In this document: piece by piece, positions 56,821-64,000 of the stretch | Numbering within the stretch: the stretch's first letter is position 1 | Layout: every line of letters starts with the position of its first letter | Notes under the pieces: generated by a model | Database searches by the model: none | Told to the model about the DNA's origin: nothing | Seen by the model: only the letters and a program-made list of their open reading frames with translations | Position numbers and translations under genes: made by a program | Origin: a virus | IMG/VR virus record: IMGVR_UViG_3300028498_000052 | Span: 1,842-65,841 of that record | Direction: 5' to 3' (one strand) | Length of the DNA: 64,000 bases

Positions 56821-58052
56821 ACTGTCTCCTGCATCTGGTTTAGCAACCTGCTATATACCTCATCCTGCATTTCACCAGGCATATGCTCTTGTTCGATGTA
56901 TTCATAAGTTTCATCAACGCTCATACCGGGCAATGGTGGCTTCCAAAGTCCATTAACCATGACCGATACTTCTGGATCACGTTTGACTGATGTAATAGGT
57001 TGGCTATGGCTTGGATGGTACGCAGGTGGTAGATCACTATCGCCAGCTATAGGTGACCTACCAATGGCTGAATAATCTACAGTAGGTGTTTGACTGTCTG
57101 GCGCTGGCTTCGCTGCAGCAGACTCAGATTTTTGCTGATAGATATACTCACGCTTAATCCAATCAACGAACATATCTAGACAACGACCCTCAGTGACAAC
57201 AGGATCCCCTTTTTCCTTATCCTCTATACGGAAGTTTCTAAACTTTTTGAGGTGGCTGTTGAATGTAGCCTGAGTCATTGGAGGCATTGCTGGGGCCTCA
57301 GCATTTACTAAGGGCTGTATTTCAGTAAGCGTTGGCTGCCAAAACTCAACATCAAATTTTTTCTTCACGGCTGCGCTGTTGTTGAGAGTTTTTAATTGGT
57401 TACTGGTTTCTGGTTCATAGTTACTAGTTATAGCAGCGTTTTTTGCGTTACTAGCGTTACAGTCATCGTTACTAGGCGTTACCGTTTGCGTTACATCACT
57501 TGTAACGTTACTAGCGTGACACTGCTCGATAGCGTCAATATGCTTGGCATGTAATTCTCTTAGATCAGCGGTACCAATATCTTTATTAACAGATACGCCT
57601 ATATCATTAAGGTCGTTAATCATATTGCGCTTGTCTTGGCGAGACTTACGTACGCGCTCTGCATTTGTCATAGGTACATCATCATCGTTACATGTAACGT
57701 TACTTGGCGTTACACCTTGCGTTACATCATTCGTTACAGCGTTACGCTTGACGTTACTATCAGCGTTACCATTTTTGAATTTGTAATTCTTGATCTCTTT
57801 ATCGATACGGTGATGATGATGACGCTTACCACGTTTGACAAAAAACTCATCAAGTATATATTCGAGCATTTTGAGATATTCAGGCGTAGTACATAGCAGA
57901 CGACGAGCCAGCTTATCCATATCTGACGAATCAATGGCTTGTTCGTTGTGATAGTACATATCTATCAAATCACGATAGATAGCACGCTCAGGCAACGACA
58001 GGTGGCGTGTTGAGTTGTTAAAATCAGCAATGTTGAAGTTGTAGAAATGCAT
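56817..58052 (-). CDS. Replication initiator (YdaU/DUF1376 N-terminus)
   Basis: MHFYNFNIADF...HLSL.ERAIYRDLIDMYY; internal iterons. Confidence 0.85.
   Translation of the reverse strand: MHFYNFNIADFNNSTRHLSLPERAIYRDLIDMYYHNEQAIDSSDMDKLARRLLCTTPEYLKMLEYILDEFFVKRGKRHHHHRIDKEIKNYKFKNGNADSNVKRNAVTNDVTQGVTPSNVTCNDDDVPMTNAERVRKSRQDKRNMINDLNDIGVSVNKDIGTADLRELHAKHIDAIEQCHASNVTSDVTQTVTPSNDDCNASNAKNAAITSNYEPETSNQLKTLNNSAAVKKKFDVEFWQPTLTEIQPLVNAEAPAMPPMTQATFNSHLKKFRNFRIEDKEKGDPVVTEGRCLDMFVDWIKREYIYQQKSESAAAKPAPDSQTPTVDYSAIGRSPIAGDSDLPPAYHPSHSQPITSVKRDPEVSVMVNGLWKPPLPGMSVDETYEYIEQEHMPGEMQDEVYSRLLNQMQETV
57446..57769. repeat. Iteron clusters (phage origin): 14 copies of CGTTAC
   Basis: Copies at 57446, 57455, 57467, 57477, 57489, 57506 and 57686, 57698, 57708, 57720, 57732, 57740, 57752, 57764. 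Confidence 0.8.
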
Positions 58053-58756
58053 TAGGCCACCTCATGAACGATGGCGAAAGTCTTAGCAAGGTGCGTAAGG
58101 CCCTTTGGCGTAAATAGCGGCTGCGTAGTCGCTTTGGTGTCACCATTGCTATCTTTGTAAGTGACTGAACGCTGCTCCATGAAGCCCTGCTTCATACGTC
58201 TACTATCCATCTGCAACTTTTGGCGATTATCACGATACAGCCAGTCGTGAGATAGGCACCAAGCAACAAACTTGTTCTGTGGAATACATAGAGTCTTAGC
58301 AGTATCACGAACGCACTGACTACCAATAGCGCCATCAATAACATCTAATGCTGCTGCTTTAGGTTCTGCTAGTGCCAAGCGCTCATTCTGTTTGTCGATT
58401 AAATCAGCTTGATCGGCAGCTAAACGTAATGCTTGTGATAAGGTTTGCGGAATAGCTGATGCACTTGCTTGTGCTTCTAGCTCTTGCCAGCGTCTATTAA
58501 TGCGTATGCGGATGTCAGCACGATAGCCAGTGATCAAATCAATCGTCTGTTCTTTATTAAGAAGGTATTGGCGATAGCTTTGGCCGTTGTCAGCGATATA
58601 ATCTGACTGCCCAACTTTGGGCAGTGCCATCACGTCATACGTTGCATTCAAATCATCGATATCGCGCAACACATGACGATGATCTTTATTACACAATTGA
58701 GCAATTTCGCGACTGCTTATTGTTTGATTATTAGTTTGCAATGTCTGAATATTCAT
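58052..58756 (-). CDS. Rha/ANT(KilA-C) antirepressor-type protein; start placed at MNIQTL
   Basis: ISSREIA...KDHRHVLRDI (Rha); PQTLSQALRLAAD...AEPKA; TPKGLTHL. Confidence 0.85.
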   Translation of the reverse strand: MNIQTLQTNNQTISSREIAQLCNKDHRHVLRDIDDLNATYDVMALPKVGQSDYIADNGQSYRQYLLNKEQTIDLITGYRADIRIRINRRWQELEAQASASAIPQTLSQALRLAADQADLIDKQNERLALAEPKAAALDVIDGAIGSQCVRDTAKTLCIPQNKFVAWCLSHDWLYRDNRQKLQMDSRRMKQGFMEQRSVTYKDSNGDTKATTQPLFTPKGLTHLAKTFAIVHEVA

Positions 58757-58797
58757 AGTAATATTTCCTTCATCAAGTTTTTGCATTAAAGAACGAC

Positions 58798-59001
58798 CTA
58801 AACCCCATCAGTTACAGCTGATGGGGTTTTTGTTTGGGCGTCTGCTTCGTGTTTAAAATCCCAGTGCTTATGCTGGCAAGCTTCTATACGGTCAAACTCA
58901 CGTCTGATATTTGCATCATCGCCAGTTACTTCTGTTGCTTCTCTTAGATAGCAGGTCTTACATTTATTGATAGTCGGATTACACATGATGATTACCCTCA
59001 C
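58798..59001 (-). CDS. Hypothetical phage protein
   Basis: ORF in the early-right operon; its 3' end encodes a hairpin. Confidence 0.55.
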   Translation of the reverse strand: MRVIIMCNPTINKCKTCYLREATEVTGDDANIRREFDRIEACQHKHWDFKHEADAQTKTPSAVTDGV

Positions 59002-59431
59002 AATGATTCGTGATTTGAACGCTGAGTGTGCGTAGCGCTACCATAGCGTCCTGAATCTTTGTCTGTAGCGCGTCACGCTCATTACAGTCAATGCGGCCAT
59101 CTTCTAATGCTTTTTTCATCTCACTCATAATGTCGCCCTGACATGCTGACGTAGATAATGCGGTCATGATTATGCTTGCCTGCGTTGCCTCGTCATCTAC
59201 ACGGGTAAACACGCCACCAAGACGGTGAGCCATGGCCTGAATGATGCTGTGATCGCCTGTAAACTCCATAATAGTCAAAGCTTCGTCCAAGCGTAGATGA
59301 TGCGTACTGCAAGTTGGGCTTACTTTGTTGTTGAGTACGGTGTTAGACATACCCATACGTACAGCGATGACTGTTGATCCACCGTGTGATGGGTTATGTA
59401 CTGTCTTGTGTGCTGCGTCGATAACGTCCAT
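58979..59431 (-). CDS. CII-like regulatory protein (186/CP76 family)
   Basis: DAAHKTVH...GGS..IA.RMGMS..VLNNKVSP....HHL.LDEA. Confidence 0.82.
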   Translation of the reverse strand: MDVIDAAHKTVHNPSHGGSTVIAVRMGMSNTVLNNKVSPTCSTHHLRLDEALTIMEFTGDHSIIQAMAHRLGGVFTRVDDEATQASIIMTALSTSACQGDIMSEMKKALEDGRIDCNERDALQTKIQDAMVALRTLSVQITNHCEGNHHV

Positions 59432-59483
59432 CGTGTCCTTCCTGTTTATAAAAACGTTTAATTTTTTGCTGGGGCTTAGTATT

Positions 59484-59660
59484 CTAAATATCTGCTTTTA
59501 GAGCTCCATTTGTTTTCAATTCAATAATTGCCTGTCGTCCTGTTGGGATACCATGCTGTTTGTAAAAATCTAGGGGTGAATGGCTTTTGAGACCAATTTC
59601 TTTAGCTATTTCCCTGAGAGATTTTCCCTCGAAATATTTAATAAGTTCGTTGTAGGTCAT
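59484..59660 (-). CDS. cro: Cro-like repressor, 58 aa, absent from the ORF track
   Basis: MTYNELIKYFEGKSLREIAKEIGLKSHSPLDFYKQHGIPTGRQAIIELKTNGALKADI*; divergent from cI. Confidence 0.85.
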   Translation of the reverse strand: MTYNELIKYFEGKSLREIAKEIGLKSHSPLDFYKQHGIPTGRQAIIELKTNGALKADI

Positions 59661-59677
59661 AATGTAAAATCCTGTTT

Positions 59678-59741
59678 TGTCCCACTATTGAAACACTTTG
59701 TCCCTATATGTGTCAACATTTTATGTTCTCATATGAGCACA
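59678..59741. promoter_or_regulatory. OR-like operator region
   Basis: 18-mers TGTCCCACTATTGAAACA (59678), TGTCCCTATATGTGTCAA (59699) and the near-palindrome TGTTCTCATATGAGCACA (59724). Confidence 0.7.
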
Positions 59742-59757
59742 ATAAGAGGTTTATATA

Positions 59758-60639
59758 ATGTCTAATACAATTAGTGACAGAATTCAGACTCGAATGAACG
59801 ATCTCGAATTACGACAAGCAGATTTAGTAAAAGCTACAGGCGCAGGAAGAACGACGGTATCAAATTGGGTCAATGGTCATACCTCTCCAACCGGGGAATT
59901 CCCTAGTCTTTTAGCAAAAGCATTAAAGGTGGATACGAATTGGTTGCTAACAGGCGAAGGACATGGGTCCCAAGAAGATCATCTTGAGTTTTTATATGAG
60001 TTTATGGAAGGTAGAAGCAAAAGAGAGCAAGACTTCCTTTTTGAGATTACGAAAACTGACCCTAATGGGCCATTTAGTTATCCAGATTTCGCTAACAAGG
60101 TTCGTGACCTATTGGGAGTATTGGGCCTCCCACCTAGAGTCAGAGAGAATATTCTCGAAGGTACTGATCCATCTGTACTATTTAATTCAGAGTCGACAGC
60201 AACATCAAACCTCACGAATAGTAAAAGTCATAAAATTTCAATTGAGTTATATGAGATAAAAACATGTAACGATGAAAGTGATAAGAATTTTTATTTTGAA
60301 CCTGTAGGAAAAAATATATCTTTTACAAAATCTTTTTTCTCAAAATATTGTCGTAACCCTGAACACTGCTTAATGCTTTATGCATCGAATGACAGTATGG
60401 CTCCGTATATTCAGAGTAGAGATTTTGTCATGATTGATAAATCTATCACTCAGCCAAGGGATGGTGAAGTTTATGCTGTATGGTTTGAGGGAGAACTTAT
60501 GCTCAAACGTATTTTTAAAGAAGCAGGTGGAGCATTACGCCTCACATCAGACAACGAAAAATATTACGATAAAGTAGTCACTGTAAACACAGAGGTTGAT
60601 TTCAAAATACTAGGTGAGCAGTTCTATCGTTGCGGATAA
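59758..60639 (+). CDS. cI: CI-like repressor (HTH + S24 peptidase)
   Basis: LRQADLVKATGAGRTTVSNWVNG HTH; NDSMAP (Ser) and LKRI (Lys). Confidence 0.92.
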   Translation: MSNTISDRIQTRMNDLELRQADLVKATGAGRTTVSNWVNGHTSPTGEFPSLLAKALKVDTNWLLTGEGHGSQEDHLEFLYEFMEGRSKREQDFLFEITKTDPNGPFSYPDFANKVRDLLGVLGLPPRVRENILEGTDPSVLFNSESTATSNLTNSKSHKISIELYEIKTCNDESDKNFYFEPVGKNISFTKSFFSKYCRNPEHCLMLYASNDSMAPYIQSRDFVMIDKSITQPRDGEVYAVWFEGELMLKRIFKEAGGALRLTSDNEKYYDKVVTVNTEVDFKILGEQFYRCG

Positions 60640-60708
60640 TAGAGGTTTAAATAGATATTCTTTTTACTAACTATGTATTGTTTTCAATACGCTAAGCACT
60701 ATTTCATT

Positions 60709-60740
60709 AAAAAACCCATCTGATATCAGATGGGTTTTTT
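60709..60740. terminator. Perfect 32-bp palindromic bidirectional terminator after cI
   Basis: AAAAAACCCATCTGAT|ATCAGATGGGTTTTTT. Confidence 0.8.
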
Positions 60741-60965
60741 TTGATAAAATTTAATCAGCTTGAATAATCTAATCATTCTTATCGTCCAACCTTTTCTCTT
60801 TTCAAATCAATATTCATTTAACTTTCATTCATCAATCCAGTCGCTTCACAAAATAATCTTCTTTAATTGATTGAACTATTCATTCATTTTTTTGTTACTA
60901 AACGAACCTCTAATACATGGTTGAACATTAAATCCCTATTCAGGAATAAAATAGTTTGACATATT

Positions 60966-60983
60966 TGTCCCAATATAAGAACA
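60966..60983. promoter_or_regulatory. OL-like operator
   Basis: TGTCCCAATATAAGAACA matches the OR 18-mers. Confidence 0.7.
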
Positions 60984-60998
60984 TATGTATATCAATAG

Positions 60999-61310
60999 TT
61001 GATATCTAAGCGAATCACCATGAACTCAATCAAAGACTTTCTAGCCAGCATTGGCGTTATCACTCTATTAGCAATTGGTGCTACTGCAGCAACGGCTGGC
61101 ATGCAACAAATCAATGATGCGTTTAATCGTCAGCAGGCAGGTCAGGACGCGATGATTGCAGAACATAAGGCGTATCTAGCAAGCGATGATGACAACTACA
61201 TCACCGATCCAATGAATGGCTTTGATGCTGAGGTTTATGAAGCGTCTGAGCAGGCTAAGACAGCACGTCACGCTAATCTGTTTATCTCTAATGCTTACGG
61301 GAGCGAATAA
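60999..61310 (+). CDS. Hypothetical protein with an N-terminal hydrophobic helix
   Basis: First gene of the early-left operon. Confidence 0.65.
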   Translation: MISKRITMNSIKDFLASIGVITLLAIGATAATAGMQQINDAFNRQQAGQDAMIAEHKAYLASDDDNYITDPMNGFDAEVYEASEQAKTARHANLFISNAYGSE

Positions 61311-61312
61311 AT

Positions 61313-61681
61313 ATGCCAAATGAATCTCAAGCCATAATCGATCTGCTCCATCAAATGGGCCTAACACCGCTTGATTGGGTAGACGCCAAGCAGTTTGCTG
61401 AACTGACTGGCATTGATGAAAAGAAGCTTACTCACCGTAAGCAACACTGGCCAGAAAACGTTGTTTGGATGAAAGAAACTGGTAACCTGTATTATTCAAT
61501 AAGAGGATATAACAAGTGGATGACGCAGCAGGCAGACATACGTTACCGCAAGGCGTGCGGCTTAGATCGGGGCGCATCCAGATCTACTTTAGCCGAAACG
61601 GTAGCTCCCATCACGTCACGCTCCCACACCCAGTCACTGCGGAAGGCATCAAAGCAGCTGCTAAGATTAGACGCGATTTAA
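61313..61681 (+). CDS. xis: Excisionase-like protein
   Basis: WVDAKQFAELTG...W..E.GNLYYSIRGYNKW winged-helix pattern; upstream of and overlapping int. Confidence 0.75.
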   Translation: MPNESQAIIDLLHQMGLTPLDWVDAKQFAELTGIDEKKLTHRKQHWPENVVWMKETGNLYYSIRGYNKWMTQQADIRYRKACGLDRGASRSTLAETVAPITSRSHTQSLRKASKQLLRLDAI

Positions 61682-62670
61682 TTACCAAAGCTGAATGGGG
61701 TGTGCTGACAGAAGCAGACCTCGCCAGCGCTAAAGGCGAACTGGTTAATGATGATAGCGTTATCGTTGGTGATGGCGCTCTATTTCAAGAAGTCGCCCAA
61801 AAATACCTCAAGCATTGTGAAGCCAACACCGACTCTAAAAAGGATTATGTCAGCGCATTAAATAAGCACTGGATGCCACATTTGGCATTGATGCCTATTC
61901 ATGACATAACATCCGACCTGATACGCGACATCATATCTGATATCAATTTTAAATCTGATAAGACCTTTAATAATTGTTTGGTACCACTCAGAGGTGTATT
62001 CGATAAAGCGCTTGAGCTACGATTAATCGTGCCAGCAGAAAACCCTATGGCTATGATCAAAAATAAAAAGGTGCAATCAGGATTACCTGATCCATTTACA
62101 CGCGCTGAAATGGATGCGCTATTAAATTGGCTGGATAATAATTTATCAGATAAAGATCACTTCTATTACTGGTACTTCGAAGTAGCGTTTTGGACAGGCT
62201 GTCGCCCAAGTGAGCTGTATGCCCTAAGATGGAAAGATATCGACTGGTTTAATGGCTCAGTGATTATCAATAAGAGTCGTGTGCGTGGTGTTGAGAAGCA
62301 AGTAACCAAAACTCACACTGCGCGTGAAGTCTATTTAAACGATCGTTCTAAGCGTGCGTTTGAAGCAATAGATGCTATGAAGCTCAGTAATGACTATGTG
62401 ATGATATGTCCTGAGACAAGCCAGCCTTTCTACAATGAGAAGCCAGCACGCATGCGCCTGATTGAAGCGATGAAGTCTACTCGCGTGCGTCACAGGCCAG
62501 CATATAACGCTAGGCACACCTATGCGACAATGCTACTCATGTCTGACGTAAACCCAGTGTTTGTCGCTAACCAATTGGGCCATAGCTTACAGATGCTTAT
62601 TAAGCGTTATGGACGATGGCTGCATGGTGATCAAAACAAGCTTGAGATATCGAAGCTAACAACTGATTAA
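61516..62670 (+). CDS. int: Tyrosine integrase with an N-terminal arm-binding domain
   Basis: TGCRPSELYAL (Arg); KT; YNARHTYAT; QLGHSLQMLIKRYGRW (His, Tyr). Confidence 0.95.
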   Translation: MDDAAGRHTLPQGVRLRSGRIQIYFSRNGSSHHVTLPHPVTAEGIKAAAKIRRDLITKAEWGVLTEADLASAKGELVNDDSVIVGDGALFQEVAQKYLKHCEANTDSKKDYVSALNKHWMPHLALMPIHDITSDLIRDIISDINFKSDKTFNNCLVPLRGVFDKALELRLIVPAENPMAMIKNKKVQSGLPDPFTRAEMDALLNWLDNNLSDKDHFYYWYFEVAFWTGCRPSELYALRWKDIDWFNGSVIINKSRVRGVEKQVTKTHTAREVYLNDRSKRAFEAIDAMKLSNDYVMICPETSQPFYNEKPARMRLIEAMKSTRVRHRPAYNARHTYATMLLMSDVNPVFVANQLGHSLQMLIKRYGRWLHGDQNKLEISKLTTD

Positions 62671-62913
62671 TATCCTCTCGCCATCCCACCGTTTTATCAA
62701 AAAGCTTTTAATCCTACTGCATGAGTTTTATAGGATCGCATCCCAAATGCGATCCTGATGTTCGTGAAACTTTCTATCATCTGCATTCACGCAACTATAT
62801 TTGTTTATTAACATTGCTCAAAACTTACTAATAAGTTAAAGTTGATTAATATTTTTTTATTATCACAAAAAACTTATAGCTATCAGTATAGTTAATAGAA
62901 AGGTAATTTCCGC

Positions 62914-63207
62914 ATGAAAAAACTAATACTAGCCTCTATACTAACTATCTTCGCACTTTCATCTAATGCTGCAATCAAAACAATAGAAAATCCGTTCCAA
63001 AGTAATACAGTCTTGAAAGAATCTGTCGAAATCGGCCACCCATTATTTGCCAAAGGTGTAGGTGGTTCGCAGTGCAAAGGCTTACCAAGTGTCTGTGGTC
63101 AGATGGCTAATTGTGAGCAGGCTAAGCAAGCACTGAAGTGTGGTAATACTAGATTAGATAGAGATAAAGACGGAGTACCATGCGAATCAATCTGCCCAGG
63201 TGGTTAA
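62914..63207 (+). CDS. Secreted Excalibur calcium-binding domain protein
   Basis: Signal peptide; C..M.NCEQAK..L.CG..RLDRDKDGVPCESIC. Confidence 0.85.
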   Translation: MKKLILASILTIFALSSNAAIKTIENPFQSNTVLKESVEIGHPLFAKGVGGSQCKGLPSVCGQMANCEQAKQALKCGNTRLDRDKDGVPCESICPGG

Positions 63208-63569
63208 TTAGCGTAACAGCAATATTAGTAGTTTCTTGTACACCTGCCCAAGAAGAGAATCACGGATCTGGTTTCGTTGCAGTAAATGAGGTGTTCTGGG
63301 GAGCAAATCATGATACGCCCTATCCGTTTACTACAGATGGTGAAATCTCATGTGGCGTTCACCCAGAATTTGGTCCAGCTGTATATTTTGAGCCTGTAGG
63401 CTTTATTGGTGAGTCCTCTATTGGTACCCCACTCAATAAAGCTGCTGCAGAGTCTTTAAAGCAAGCGAGGCTGACGTCAAACGTGCCTTATCGCATCAAG
63501 AAGGGTGCTAATTTGAGTGAGGCTAGAGAGGTTGGATTACGAGTGTGTAATGAGCAAAAATTTGAATAA
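63180..63569 (+). CDS. Lipoprotein, YebY/DUF2511-like
   Basis: Lipobox VVSC; YPFT.DGE.SC...PLN.AA resembles DUF2511. Confidence 0.55.
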   Translation: MRINLPRWLISVTAILVVSCTPAQEENHGSGFVAVNEVFWGANHDTPYPFTTDGEISCGVHPEFGPAVYFEPVGFIGESSIGTPLNKAAAESLKQARLTSNVPYRIKKGANLSEAREVGLRVCNEQKFE

Positions 63570-63668
63570 GCACTTCGATATCTTATCAATGATGGTAAAA
63601 ACTATATATAAACACAATACCAAAACTAAAAACTCATTGCTAAAAGTTCACTTATAAAGTAACCTATT

Positions 63669-64000
63669 ATGACAAACATTGAACCCTATTATTATCCTTT
63701 TAAGAAAGTTGGGTACCCCGACAGGCTCAGACCTACGAATCTGCCTATTAACTTGAGCGTCTACTTACTTTGTGATTCAAAGGATGAGCGTGAGATATTT
63801 GTTTATAAAGAGAGGCAAGAGATAAAAAGTAATAAGGTGGAATATAAAAATGCCTCCTTACTTTTTGTGAATCTTAAGCGAAGCTTGGGGAACTGTTTGT
63901 ATATAACTCAAATACTTGATATTTATGGCGAACAACTTCATACCGGATTGACGCATGTTATTAACGGCAAAAAGATCAATATCCACCGCTTAAGAAAAGG
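63669..64000 (+). CDS. Hypothetical protein, partial at the right edge
   Basis: Open frame MTNIEPYYYPFKKVGYPDRLRP...IHRLRK with no stop before 64000. Confidence 0.55.
   Translation, partial: MTNIEPYYYPFKKVGYPDRLRPTNLPINLSVYLLCDSKDEREIFVYKERQEIKSNKVEYKNASLLFVNLKRSLGNCLYITQILDIYGEQLHTGLTHVINGKKINIHRLRK

Larger units (their letters stand above)
28481..64000. mobile_element. HK97-like siphoviral prophage; right boundary not seen in the window
   Basis: Complete ordered modules: int, xis, cI, cro, cII, replication, Q-like, HNH, terS, terL, portal, protease, capsid, tail, lysis. Confidence 0.93.

Noticed and set aside
59580-59765. 61-aa plus-strand ORF before cI
   Set aside because: Antisense to cro and runs across the operators
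60741-60950. Possible small gene between the cI terminator and OL
   Set aside because: Only frames of 14 codons or fewer were found; AT-rich spacer
62675-62690. CTCTCGCCATCCCACC after int resembles the tmRNA end (CTCCCGCCATCTCCACC)
   Set aside because: One mismatch plus one gap in 17 nt, and inverted relative to the att copies, so it cannot be the direct-repeat attR; probably chance
1-64000. CRISPR array
   Set aside because: No regularly spaced 25-45 bp repeats with unique spacers and no cas genes; the repeats found are iterons, LRR units and att cores

Overview
Window from a Moraxellaceae-type gammaproteobacterium; gene content and style look Psychrobacter/Acinetobacter-like, which is inference. 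It has three blocks. (1) 1-24967 is a type VI secretion locus. The minus-strand core (two exported TPR-like genes, tssB, tssC, hcp, tssE, tssF, tssG, tssH, tssA) has a vgrG-effector module at each end. On the left is vgrG + DUF4123 adaptor + a >950 aa VasX/BTH_I2691-like membrane effector that runs off the window and is missing from the ORF track. On the right is vgrG + a LysM/zinc-peptidase/GH19 peptidoglycan hydrolase + a putative immunity lipoprotein. No tssK, tssL, tssM or PAAR gene is seen. (2) 25190-28507 is a 3.3 kb islet with no integrase, bounded by two direct copies of the tmRNA (ssrA) 3' end and carrying an LRR gene and a PLD-nuclease/J-domain gene. (3) From about 28481 to beyond 62670 is an apparently complete HK97-like siphoviral prophage: integration, immunity, replication, packaging, head, tail and lysis genes. 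It carries three tandem alpha/beta-hydrolase-TPR morons separated in one place by a relic of the endolysin 3' end, an SGNH-esterase tail fibre plus a LamG-like protein, a tail-chaperone -1 frameshift site, CGTTAC iterons and a degenerate tRNA-like element. All assignments come from motif recognition by eye; no database searches were run.
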